A stretch of DNA of 63,949 bases, counting the filler, from Perkinsus chesapeaki ATCC PRA-425 (lineage: Eukaryota > Protista > Perkinsozoa), in NCBI GenBank assembly GCA_013115145.1. It is 12 parts of 12 records of this genome, joined end to end, with 100 filler letters (N's around TTAATTAATTAA, not from the genome) between each part and the next. Parts side by side here need not be neighbours in the genome. Positions count along the whole stretch, not along the records: positions 1 to 15,688 come from JAAPAO010000722.1; positions 15,789 to 17,411 come from JAAPAO010001863.1; positions 17,512 to 37,308 come from JAAPAO010000633.1; 9 more parts are not named here. One strand, written 5' to 3'. Of the stretch, positions 10,614-21,735 are shown piece by piece. The first letter of the stretch is position 1. Each line of letters begins with the position of its first letter. Below the pieces are notes generated by a model. The model worked only from the letters and a program-made list of their open reading frames with translations, ran no database searches and was not told the DNA's origin. Both the position numbers and the translations under genes were made by a program.

Positions 10614-13600
10614 CATCTAGATCCATCCCTGATTGGAACTACACCCAAGACACTCCACAGAAACAATAAAAACTATTTAAACACTCTTGCTCTCCCACAA
10701 CATCCACATTCATGTAATGCGGCTACACCAGCATCAGCATCCTCCTCAGCTACAACCAATGTTATGTTCCTCTCGCTCGACCCTTGTGCTATCGCACATA
10801 TATTTACTCCTGATGCAGCCAACCCTGTAGCAGCTCTCCCGAGTATCCCTAAAATAATGACTGGCCTGTGTACAGCAAATACGCCGCCGTACTCACCAAT
10901 AGATCTCACCATACCATCACCGACCATGGCGAGTATTGCCATGCCTGTAGTGATACTAATACCGAAATCGTGATAAAGGCACATCTCTCTGTAAAACGCT
11001 TGCTCTATTGCAACTCTGCATCTTTCACGGTCGCAGCTTTGAATAGCGAAACAAATAGAATGCTCCGATGAAGCCTGAGACAAGGTAAAGCTTTCGTTTT
11101 GATATAACAATGGTGCTGCTAGGTTTTCCCGATTCTCAACCAATTGGCCTTTAGTAAATATGGAGGATGAATTTAGGTGATTATCTTTGAATCACATAAA
11201 AATTATCATCGGCAGATGATATGCTGCTAACGTCAACATGCATCACATTCGGCCTGTTGAATTTGTAATAATTCCTTATCGGTGTATATCGATGTCGAGC
11301 TATCAAATTCAACAAACGAAGCTCACCAACTGTACTGCATGCTACCTGTGTAATCATAATAACATTAACCTTAGCTGCACCAACAGCTCCAAACAGCCGG
11401 CTCGCAATTCCTGTTACTCCTATTAAACCACAGCCCTCCACGTTCACCAGACTTATACCTGACACAAGGTAAATTCCACAGTATGAGAGCCTTGGAACTT
11501 CTACAACAATTCGATTACCTAGGCAGTATAATGCTCGCTAACACTAGCTATACGAACATCGAAGTTTATTATTTGGGATCGTCATAGCGTCATACTGTCC
11601 TAGTCTTGAGTTCTGACTCATCTTCACTGAGCTACATCAGAATCTCAAGGATCCATTTGTAGATGGAAGTAGTTTCATATTGTGGTGTTACACAATCCGC
11701 TGTCCCCTTTCCCCCGAGCTAGACAGAGTTTCGCTATTCCTTGTATTTAGGGGTGCCCCGCTGCCATTGGCTACTAATCAGGAGACTACTACCCAACCGA
11801 CTTTGAGTGGTATTATTAAACATATATCATTACGAATAATAATCATCCGTAAACACAATAGTCAGCATTGATTACCTTTCATAACTGATACAGCTTTTGC
11901 TGAGAGCTGGTGTTTGCATGGAGACCCTGGTGGGGTCGGCATCGACGTTATTAATGTACCTTCATCAGCAGCACATTGAACACCGTGGGGTAAGATACTC
12001 GACAGATGCTTGCACTCGCACACAGGACTGTTTTGTTTATAACAAAGTAGACTATTGTTACCATTTGTTACTATTACTTTTCTACTAGTATGTCTACTAG
12101 ACATACAAGAAAGTGAGCCTAATCCATTATGGAAAGCAACGAGGCTACGGACGTGGAAAATATAGTAGATACGAGTCTTGAGAGACCGCCCTCGGACCCA
12201 ATCCCCAGCCGAATTCGTCCGTGAAACCCCACCTTGACAATCCCTATTAAATGTGTTTCTGAGCACAATTGGAATATCTTTACCTATACACGGTGCCATT
12301 GTTTTAGGGTGGAGTACCTTAACAAATATACGATAATCTGAACCACAATAATTACCACACACTGGTGGCGAATTTGGACGAATTGTAGGGTAAATTCAGG
12401 GCTCTATTCCTCGAAAGTCCTATAGAGATATATCATCGATTTCATCTACTTGGATGGGTGCTATTGTCGATTAAAATGTCAAAGCTTGAAAATGATAAGA
12501 ATCTTCGAAATTCATAAACAGCAACGAATGCCGATAACCGAAACTAATTCTCATTTACCCAAACCAAATTGCCTTCCCACGACATGATCGCCCACCCTCC
12601 CCTCCATCTATCACCTTCGCCCCAAACCACGCCATTTCAGCAGCTTCAGTATATGATAATGATTCCAACATCTCAGCTTTCTCCACCGATCTAGGGTCGC
12701 CAGAAAAACTAGAAAAGTCTATTAGGAATCAAGGCTAACTGTGGCTAACAAGTTAGCCACAGTTAAATTCCTAAACGGAGGCGCGGCTTTCTTGCGCGTG
12801 CGGATGTGTCCCACACACCTATTACGTGCATACGTGGGCAAAAGCGTGGCATCTGGCAGCTGAGTAGCGAGCCCTTGGACAAAGATTAATAGTTAACGAC
12901 TATCAAATATGTGCCTGGAGTGTGGTTATTTAACCAACGTTATGTCCAGTAACCCCCTCTCCTTCCGACGGAAGCGGGTTACTTACTGAATTCTGAAGGC
13001 TTCCGAATTCAGCAGACATGCACAAATCTAACGGGAAGCTAAATCATCGCAATTTTAGTTAACAAATCATTCTTGATAAAATCCACCAAATTTTCCGACG
13101 GCGATATTTCAGCTCAGCGCTACCGACATTATTCAATCACTTCGCGTGTTACACAGAGATGTCATCCGTGGGAATCGAACCTGCGTCCCTCCCCTTTTAT
13201 TACACTCCATCAACATCAGTCCATATAGTAAGCTTGTCGCACCCTCTCGGGGACGTATCCGCCAACAACCTCGCTATTATAGATGCACTGAAATGATAGG
13301 AGACGGAATCAACCGAACACGTTCTTCTGAGCGACCGGAAGGGCCTGTTCCTTATGCCTATGAACAATTCATGAACATGCGCCTGTGGAACAGCAAAAAG
13401 AGTTAATGGATCCCTCCGGGTTAAATCTGCTCTCCAATCAATAATACCTACCTGAGATCACTGCCGTTCCTTTTAAGCGTTGTTGGAGCCCCATTCGAAT
13501 CAGATGCCACAAAACCAGTAATTATGATAACCTAAAACATTCAATCTTAATGAGTAGGCGCTAATGCTACTATAGATATTAATTTTTTTTTCAATTTTAG

Positions 13601-15234
13601 GAGTTTTATTTATTTCAATAATTTCCTTTATTTTAATTATCAACTCCCTCAAATCGAACGACTTCTGGGCAACGACGCATTGCATATAGCTGCATTAGGT
13701 TCCGGAAGAAAACGATATCAGCTTATCGACCTATTTCAAGAAATCAACAAAATATCTTCGATAACTGTTATACAGAAGTTACCACAGTAATGGCAGATTA
13801 CGTCTTCGCCAGATACGACAGGTCAAAGTAATGCATTGATAATCACCAATATAATTATCAACATTCGCGACTTCCGACGAGTTCGGCCACTTAAGAACAA
13901 CAAAGCTCTAAGCTTTCCGTGCGCTCGATTGCCCTACCACCAGTGGACTGATGATCATTAAATTCCCCCAAAGGGGCGTCGATGAAAACACATTTCCACC
14001 GTTCACATTAGAAAGGATTTTGCAACCCCGATAGTTTGCAAGCTAGAATGATAAAATGATTGCTTACATACGCCAGCGACCCTCAGCGACCCATATATCA
14101 TGACCCTCAGCCCAATGCTTTCCAAGTCGCTTCCCTCTTCTTTATTACGTCATATTCCTCAGTCTCTCTCTCCACAGCTGCCATTTCCGCACCGCTCCGC
14201 TCAAAATCAACCCTATCGCTTTCCTCCTCCAAAAATATAATTCTTCTTCCATCAACAACACTGGCTTTAACACCAATATTTTCCAGCGCGCCACATAATA
14301 TTGTAGCGCTCCACTTTTCACCGTATCCCATTGTAACATCGTAAAATGATTGCGGACATACACCAACCACTCTCAGCGACTCCAGACAGCACGAAATTTT
14401 TTCCAAATCGCTTTCGAAATCGGCCCGAAAAATTGAGGCGAATTCGGGAATATCCAGTTCGGCAAGGCAGTCGAAGTGCCTCCTCCTCAGCTCCTTCAAA
14501 CTTGAAGTCCAATTTTCATTTCTCTGTGCCAAGTTGCATAAATCGTATAATATATTAGTAACGCCGGACATTGCAGAAACAACCACGGCAATACGACCTC
14601 CAGTCGGATGGGACTGAAAAAAGCTTTTTCGGGGAACAAGTATCATGACAATGAGTGATAGAATAATTTATCGCGATGAGCAATTATGTGTAGTAAGTGC
14701 CCAGTCAGGGATTCACGGAGGAAATCAGGAGGTGCTCCCAGAATTTACGCCTTTGGCATTTCCTTTGGCCTGGTAACATATCTTCTATCAAAGCTCCCTT
14801 AGTGCCTCCACATTAATAACAAATCTTCACCATTCGAAAACGCATTTCTGGAATGCTCGACAACCTCCAGGGTCCGCTAGATTTTAGGGAACCATTACTG
14901 TAACAATTATAAATAATGCAATGCAAGAACCCAGTGATAAAAGTACATTACCAACTATAACTTTTTACAACTTTGAACATTATTTCCCAGTAGCCTCGAG
15001 CAAGTTTTAAAAATCATCTCCAAGGCATTTTCCCATCCCGCACCAGAGCGACATCCCCTTGTCAACTCGGCGACTTGGAATCGGATAACCCCAGCACTGG
15101 ATCCTTATTACCACTATATCCAGTATAATACCAGCAACTTCTTTGATAGGCTTTGATCCACCCATACTGGTACCGCCGAATTTATCAACTCTCCAGCCAG
15201 TGTTATTAGGTGAGTGCGGCGAATCTGATGGCAA
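10614..15234 (-). CDS. Aspartate kinase (ThrA/MetL-like AK plus two ACT domains, no homoserine dehydrogenase domain), about 9 exons
   Basis: Exons: WRVDKFGGTSMG; RIAVVVSAMSGVTN...MGYGEKWSA; VIIITGFVASDSNGAPTTLKRNGSDL (~13454-13531); FSGDPRSVEKAEMLESLSYTEAAEMA; KVLHPKTMAPCIGKDIPIVLRNTFN; SLVNVEGCGLIGVTGIASRLF; ASSEHSICFAI; AIAQGSSERNITLVV. Confidence 0.92.
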
Positions 15235-15688
15235 TATTATTCAGTTGTAAAATTTAGTTTAAAATTGGAGTTCGAATGAAGTGATATGTTCCTATTACGA
15301 AATTCAGCTCAAGATTCAGGCCAGCAATCGCACGTATCAACCTAAGATTCGCAGTGACATTTAGGTGATAAAAAGTTCCAAAGTTGATGCACTGAAAGTC
15401 ACCACTGTGTTCATCAGGCTCAATCTCGACAGAATCTACTTTTATGATGAAAAACCATAGTGAGTTCGAAAAGGTAATATTTTGTCGCCAGTAATTTACT
15501 CTTACTGATTCTGACGGCTAACTGAGAAGCCTAACCGATTCCTCATTTACTATTCAAGAAAGTCAAGCTATTGTAAATGTCATCCACTAATGGAAGTGAC
15601 TTTTGAATCCCTCAGTGGGATCGTTGAATAAACCGATTTTGAAATTCAGAATCGATTCCAGAACTGCTTTTAACACGTAAAATGCGAT

Positions 15689-15788
15689 NNNNNNNNNNNN
15701 NNNNNNNNNNNNNNNNNNNNNNNNNNNNNNNNTTAATTAATTAANNNNNNNNNNNNNNNNNNNNNNNNNNNNNNNNNNNNNNNNNNNN
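15689..15788. other. Assembly gap with artificial TTAATTAATTAA linker. The same 100-bp structure occurs at 17412-17511, 37309-37408, 39503-39602, 48022-48121, 49342-49441, 51104-51203, 52602-52701, 54166-54265, 60006-60105 and 62516-62615; a plain 99-N gap is at 55610-55708
   Basis: The identical N-TTAATTAATTAA-N block appears 11 times and places stops in all six frames. Confidence 0.97.
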
Positions 15789-16885
15789 GGGTTCTTAAGA
15801 AAGATAACCGTCATCTTGTAGGAGTCGGGGTGGCAAGGGACTTGCCTATATGCCGATGAATGGTCGCTCTTCCAGAAACTGAGGTCGGTTGTCCCACAAG
15901 CAGATGCCACCATCCTCGCTGTCGCAACTGTGGCGTCCGGACTAGGGAAAGAAACTTTACTCATGAAGCACATCGAGGCGTTCAGTTTACTCCGACGGAA
16001 ATCATCACACGGACGAAGTTTTTCCCCTTGCTGTACACCAAACCTTCTGGAAGATACATATCCGTCAAACATCTCTTCAATTTCAGCTATCGAGTAAGGA
16101 CCGGCCATTGATCCTGCCTGACGCTCTTTAATAGCCGATTGCCACAACTTCTCGGTGTGTGGGCTGTGTTCTTTCTCCACCCTACCTGCCAGTTCGCGGC
16201 CACGCTCTGGACCTCGGCGAAGCAGATCGTCTATGTCTTCTGAAGGAGCACGACGTAGGTGTTCTGGTACTGACCGGAAAGTTCCTTTGAATGGCCCAAA
16301 TGACCCCGATAAAGGGAGACCTGAAACCAGATCATCAGCTAGCTTGTGGTCGCAGTAGTTCGAGGCCTCGAGCATCTCCTTGAATAGAGGTATGTTGATG
16401 TGACCTGCTATTCCTCTCACAGACTCTGGCATCTTGGAGGCGATCAGATCCGCCGCTTCCGCCAGGCATCTTGCCCTTTGTGACCAGAATTTTGTCGCAG
16501 CCTTACGTTGCTCTGATACCTCAACGGGATCCGAGCGTTTTAAGAACTCAATGGCCGCCACCAGGGTGTCAGGCAAGCCTGGTGAAAAAGAGAGCGGATG
16601 GTCTTCCTGGGCCGACCTAGCCATGTGATTTAGTGCTTCGTCTAAGCGAGGCTGGCCGTTCTCGGCTTTCTGCGCGGCCATCGCTATGAAAGCCTCATGT
16701 CTGCAACCTCGAGGCTGCAAGGCAGCTCCCACTCTACAAAGTCGAGGAACGAAGTAGGTGACCATGTCGGAGAAAGTTCTAGGAGCTTCCACAGAAACCT
16801 CTGGATCAGGGGAGTCCGTCGCTTTCAGTATACCTTCGAGATCATCGAGAGCTAGGCACCCGTGCTTCGGAACCTGTATTAACAC
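15789..16885 (-). mobile_element. DIRS/Ngaro-like (tyrosine-recombinase class) retrotransposon reverse transcriptase, N-terminal part, cut by the gap
   Basis: SSRRFGVQQGEKLRPCDDFRRSKLN and FWKSDHSSAYRQVPCHP correspond to RT motifs 2-3 in the form typical of alveolate DIRS-like elements. LVSGLPLSG lies upstream. Confidence 0.75.
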
Positions 16886-17189
16886 TTCACTTTGTGGACG
16901 CCTGGCGTTTATCAGATTGACTTCCTAATACCTTCGGTTTTGTCCACAACCGAGAGTTTTCCTTTCTTTCGAGTGAACCACGCGGACTATCCTGAATCGA
17001 TTCTTGGGTCGTGACTCTGTCTGGCTGAGCCACCCGTCGTAACTGAAACTCGAAGCTCTTGATATTACAATGAAAACAGAGATAACCGTTCGCACCCGCA
17101 GCATCAGCGCTGCCACTACAACGAATCAGAGAAAAGAAAAGAACGGGTGGGCGGTCAGTATAGCAGCCTCATACGCAGACATGTGACGA

Positions 17190-17411
17190 TCGACCGTGTC
17201 AGTTCCTTTTATTTACCTTTAGAGGCTGCGGAGACCCGGACTGGTCTTCGTTAGATCTCTTGTCACCGCGTTTATCATCATACCAATTACCGTAGCGGTA
17301 GTTCTTGTTCTTGTTGTAGTAGTTGCCATAATTGTTATTATTGGAGTTATTGTAACCACGCCAGCCTTTGCCTTTGCCTCTGTTTCCATAGGAGGATCTC
17401 TTGTCGACTGA
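17190..17411 (-). mobile_element. C-terminal end of a gag-like ORF1 upstream of the RT
   Basis: Translates as GNRGKGKGWRGYNNSNNNNYGNYYNKNKNYRYGNWYDDKRGDKRS...KVNKRN*, a basic low-complexity tail on the same strand about 300 nt upstream of the RT ORF. Confidence 0.5.
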
Positions 17412-17699
17412 NNNNNNNNNNNNNNNNNNNNNNNNNNNNNNNNNNNNNNNNNNNNTTAATTAATTAANNNNNNNNNNNNNNNNNNNNNNNNNNNNNNNNN
17501 NNNNNNNNNNNTTACTAGTTTGTAATGCAGATTAACTAATAAGTCTCTCTAATATTTAGTAAGGTTGGGTTCTGGCTCTTAATACTGTGAATTAGAACAG
17601 TCGTTCAGCGATGTAGGAATGACATTATCATTACTGAACTCATTTCTGAGGCAAACTTTTTTTTGTCCCTCACGAGCCCTCGTAGAGGGCTCTCTTTTA

Positions 17700-19250
17700 C
17701 GTTGCTGTTGTGAGTAGTATCATACTACTAGTATGAGTATGCGGGGGAGTGGATCCGCAGGCGATGGGCTCCATGACCGATTCTCGTTAAAAAGTCATCA
17801 GACTCGCTGAGTTCTTTTATTAAGTTTTTAACCTGTGGGATCTGATTCGGCCCCGCCATGATCAGTGCGCTGCCGAACCTCGTCCGGAGGGACGTCAAAA
17901 AAGAGCTGCAAGTATCTTCTAGCAAGATGAGGCAAGCGCGAGGGACAGGTTGACGGCGTCAACGAACTCGAAGTTGTAGATAGCCAAGCGTCATTCGCTG
18001 GCGAAGCTACTTACCTCATCAAGACGAGCCACCGAGTCGAGAGGCCTCTACTGACTAGAGTCTACTCTGTTCAAGTAAGGAAAGGGTAAGAAAGACCCTG
18101 AGAGCAGTGAGTGCCGACCAGCCAGCCGCAAAGGAATTAGTAGAGATGATGCGACCGATGAAGTGCAAAAACTTATTATCGATAATGTCTCCTTCCCCAT
18201 ATCATCGATATCTTATGGATGAGATGGAGTCTCCATCATGGAGAAGAATCATCTCAAAAAAAGGGCCTCAGTGAATCAAACACAAAGGTGGAAGAATGGA
18301 GAGAGAGAGCGCTTTGCGAAGATGTATGGTTTCTGTATTTTTGTCACGGCTTCATGGGACTACAAGCCAAATCGCGTTTCCCACAACTTTGGAGCGGATG
18401 GCAGGCTGTATTAGGTAGATAAGATGGCTCATCTTGGATGGGCCGAACCCAACAGCTGCTGGGTTTCTGTAACCGATCAGAAGGAGAAGACTGGGCTAAT
18501 CAAGGTGTGATTATCAAGCTGTTATTGTCGATGGTATAAATGGAGAGAGTACGATAAAACGTCGCGAAAAAACTAATATCCCATGTATACTTGGGAGTTG
18601 AAGGTCCGGGACATCGTGGTTAAGAGCATGGCCAATCGTATGTAATAGGTCCGATCTATACCTTCATCAACCATGTTCTGTTTATCATTTGTTGTCCGCT
18701 ATATCTCCGAAAGGAAGTCATCTTAGCTTTATTAAGGAGCAATCTGCATAGTTTCTTCTACTTATTGCCGTACCGCCGTCCTTCCCGTGTCTGTTGCGAT
18801 ACACCACTGAAAAAGTCACGTTCACCGGTAGAATTTATAGCGGAGTTAGTTTTACCGACGAAAAATCGGGGTTTACACACACTGCAAGATGGTAAATTAC
18901 CATCATCAAATTCGTTCGCCAAGCGAACTTCGCTCGAACAGACGTTACAAATGTCTTTGATTACTTGGCCTTGAGACTCAAAGTTCGAGAAGCTCAACCA
19001 CATTCTTGCATCTCTGTACATTTCCAGCTGATTTCATCAGTAATTGCAATGGTCAAGGCCCGCATAGGCTCAATATGGATCACAAATTTCGTCCAAGCGA
19101 GCCAAAATATGCCTGCTATATGCTATTCCGACTGACCGCACATCCTTGTTTGGTTGAGTATTAGAAGCGAGACTTCTATCCAGCCTCACTACAGCAAAAC
19201 ACAAGACGAGAGCAGAACCGCTGCGGGATGATACTCCTTCATTTGGAAGC
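17700..19250 (-). CDS. Hypothetical multi-exon protein
   Basis: Several minus-strand open frames with splice-like ends (e.g. YRDARMWLSFSNFESQGQVIKDICNVC; LTSLRTRFGSALIMAGPNQIPQ). Family not recognised. Confidence 0.3.
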
Positions 19251-19754
19251 CTAGGACACTTCCATGGGCGAGATAGCTGGTAACAGACAGAGTAGTAATC
19301 TCTATTCTGAGAGTAGTGTTCTCAGTAGGAATCCGAGAGATCGGAAGTCGAAGCATATACGCGGGAGCGAACTATGGTCAAGTTTAACGAATAACTACTT
19401 TACGGTTGCACTTTCATTCGAACTCAACCACAATTGTCTAATAAGATGATTGTCTTATAACTGTTATCGAGCACTAGTAGCTCAATCCTGTCGCCTCGTC
19501 ACTGACGGATAGTAAAAGACACCTAGTGAAAGAAAGGAGCGATAACAAAGCAGCTTCAGCTTTATGAATAAACGACCGTTATTGCAAGTATATGGTGGTG
19601 ATAGTAGTGGTGCGAACGAACAAGGCAAGACACTTGCCGCAAGAGAGTCGCAGCAGGACTATGCACTTATGCCGTCCATCATAGTTTTCTTCATAGTCGT
19701 TTATCATCAGTTATTCCAAGAATAACTTAGTTGCTCAATAAATAACATACGCAC

Positions 19755-20780
19755 TTATGTGGCAGCGGATATCAGAGATGATTGATTATATGGAGGTAGA
19801 TCGCAACTAGGGAAAATGAAGCTTAGACCTCGGAGACCATATTTCCTCTCGAGATCGCGCTTCTCCTTTATTTGCTTTTGTGTATTATAATAGTAGTCTT
19901 CGAAATGTCCATTACCATATGTAGGTGCCCCAAGATCAACGAGATGGCGATAGATATCAGAAGGCTTAGTGTGGCTGAGTGCCTCGGGGATGATCTGACC
20001 AAATACGAAATACGGGAAAGATAGTCGGTGATCTTACACCAAGAGATAGTCTTGAAGGCTTCATTGTGTAGTTCATGAGACGAGTCACAACGTCTTGTGT
20101 CCAGTCTAAGGTGATTTGCTTCTCGAAATCGACATCCAAAGAGTCGAAAACAGCATGGCTATCGTCCATGTACATCCATGGTTCATAAGTCTGTAAGTCA
20201 TTCCACAAAGCAGATGAAGTGGTGAAGTTGGCAGCCATAAACCTATATGAAGTACTCAAATATTCGACTACCTTCCTGTTGGCTATTACATTAGCGATGC
20301 TGTAACAGCAGCACCCTTACCCGTTTTTAGTGACTTGGTTGCCGCCCCCAGCTGGCTCACAACTTTCCAGTCTTTTCCTTGCGGGAATGGTTTCGTCCAA
20401 AGCTCGAATAGAACTCCATCAAAGTCGTAGCTCTTGATAAAGCTCTGAACATTCATCTTGAAGTCGTATAAGCTCCTGCTCTGGTTGCCGATGAATGGTA
20501 AAGCCGATAATCCCACAAATGTCGTGGCATTATACTTATCGGCAATTTTGCTGATATCGGCCGCGAAGGAAGCGTTAATCCAGCTGTTCGGAATAACAAC
20601 CGAGCCGGCGCCGTTAAGCCAATTCTGGGCGAATACGATCTGGGTAGTGCCGGCCTTTAACAGGTCAATGTAGTCTTGTTTCTTGAGCTTGTCGAGATTC
20701 GCGACGGACACAGTTAGCTGGTGGCAACGACAAATAACGAGGAGAGCGCTCGAGATCAGGTATAGATAGCTGGGAGACAT
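19755..20780 (-). CDS. Secreted GH18 chitinase-like protein, copy 1 (intact, 2 introns, non-canonical catalytic motif)
   Basis: Signal peptide MSPSYLYLISSALLVIC; YDFDGVLFELW at the GH18 beta-4 position; a 47-nt intron giving SLM|FMAANF; a gtaagatc...ggtcag intron; C-terminus YYYNTQKQIKEKRDLERKYGLRGLSFIFPSCDLPPYNQSSLISAAT*. Confidence 0.75.
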
Positions 20781-21735
20781 CGATAGTATAAAAAATGACT
20801 TTGCGATGGCTACTGAGCTACACCGCTTTTTTGCACGCGATACGTGTGACGCGAGCAAGCATGTCACACGCTAAGCGGCCCGTTCTACAGCAACGCCGTG
20901 TTGTGCCGAAGGAGCCTTTTTTTCTCAGACATGCCTTGGTTGCATTACGCAACTTGCATAGATTATACGTGGTATATGCAAACGTCCTCGTTGTTTGCAT
21001 GCAGCCATAACAATAAGACTTCCTCGTCATACTTCGCTGCCCGCGAATCCTTCAGTGCCGATGCTTCGTAATTAGCTCGCCAACTATATGTGCGTGGGAT
21101 TCCTCCTGAGGGAATCCTTTTGATACCCATCTCAGAGCACCGGTTCGGCCTAGCGGCTAGGCCCTAGCCAAAGAACTTCGACATACTGTCAGTGTCGGCT
21201 TCCTGCTGGGAGTATCTCGAGGTCCAAGGTGCTTGCGGTTCCGGTTCAAGAAGCTCCCGTTAGCAGTACCTTTATTGGCACGTGAACCTCCTTTAGCGAA
21301 AAAGTTTTGTCGCCACCAATTCCCAATTTCATGGCGGCATGAAACGGGGATGTTCTTGATATTCGAGGTCGTGCTAGAACGAGTTCGTCGAACCCGAATT
21401 CGGTCTTTTTCTAATAATAACAGTTTTCCTTGACATTTCCCCACGCCCCATCGCCGATCTGATCTCAGATGAGTAAGTCATCATGAGTTCGCATGTGGAT
21501 GACTATCTCCGCATTCTGGCGTGCGGGCTGACGCCTTCCGATGTGATTTCTAATAACTACCCTGTATCGACCGCTAACTAGCCGCAAGTTGAGATCGATG
21601 CATCTTTCGGTTGCTTCTACCGTTATTTCCCGAACGCGTTCGTATAGGGATCGGTTTCGCTCCAAGTTGACTATGCAAACACTGCAAAGACGCTCAGAAA
21701 GAGATAATTGTGTCAATCTAAATCAGTAGCACTCG

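Noticed and set aside
13157-13185. tRNA T-arm-like GGTTCGATTCCC on the minus strand
   Set aside because: The T stem is mismatched and there is no D arm or anticodon arm, so it is not a tRNA; it is noted only as a possible SINE relict.
15733-15744. TTAATTAATTAA palindrome repeated 11 times across the window, always flanked by Ns
   Set aside because: It is an artificial scaffolding linker with stops in six frames, not a biological repeat. ORFs starting or ending in it (LIN/XXX) are artefacts.
20230-20290. Apparent stop or frameshift in the middle of both GH18 copies
   Set aside because: It is explained by a conserved GT-AG intron (47 nt in copy 1, 42 nt in copy 2) that restores the frame.
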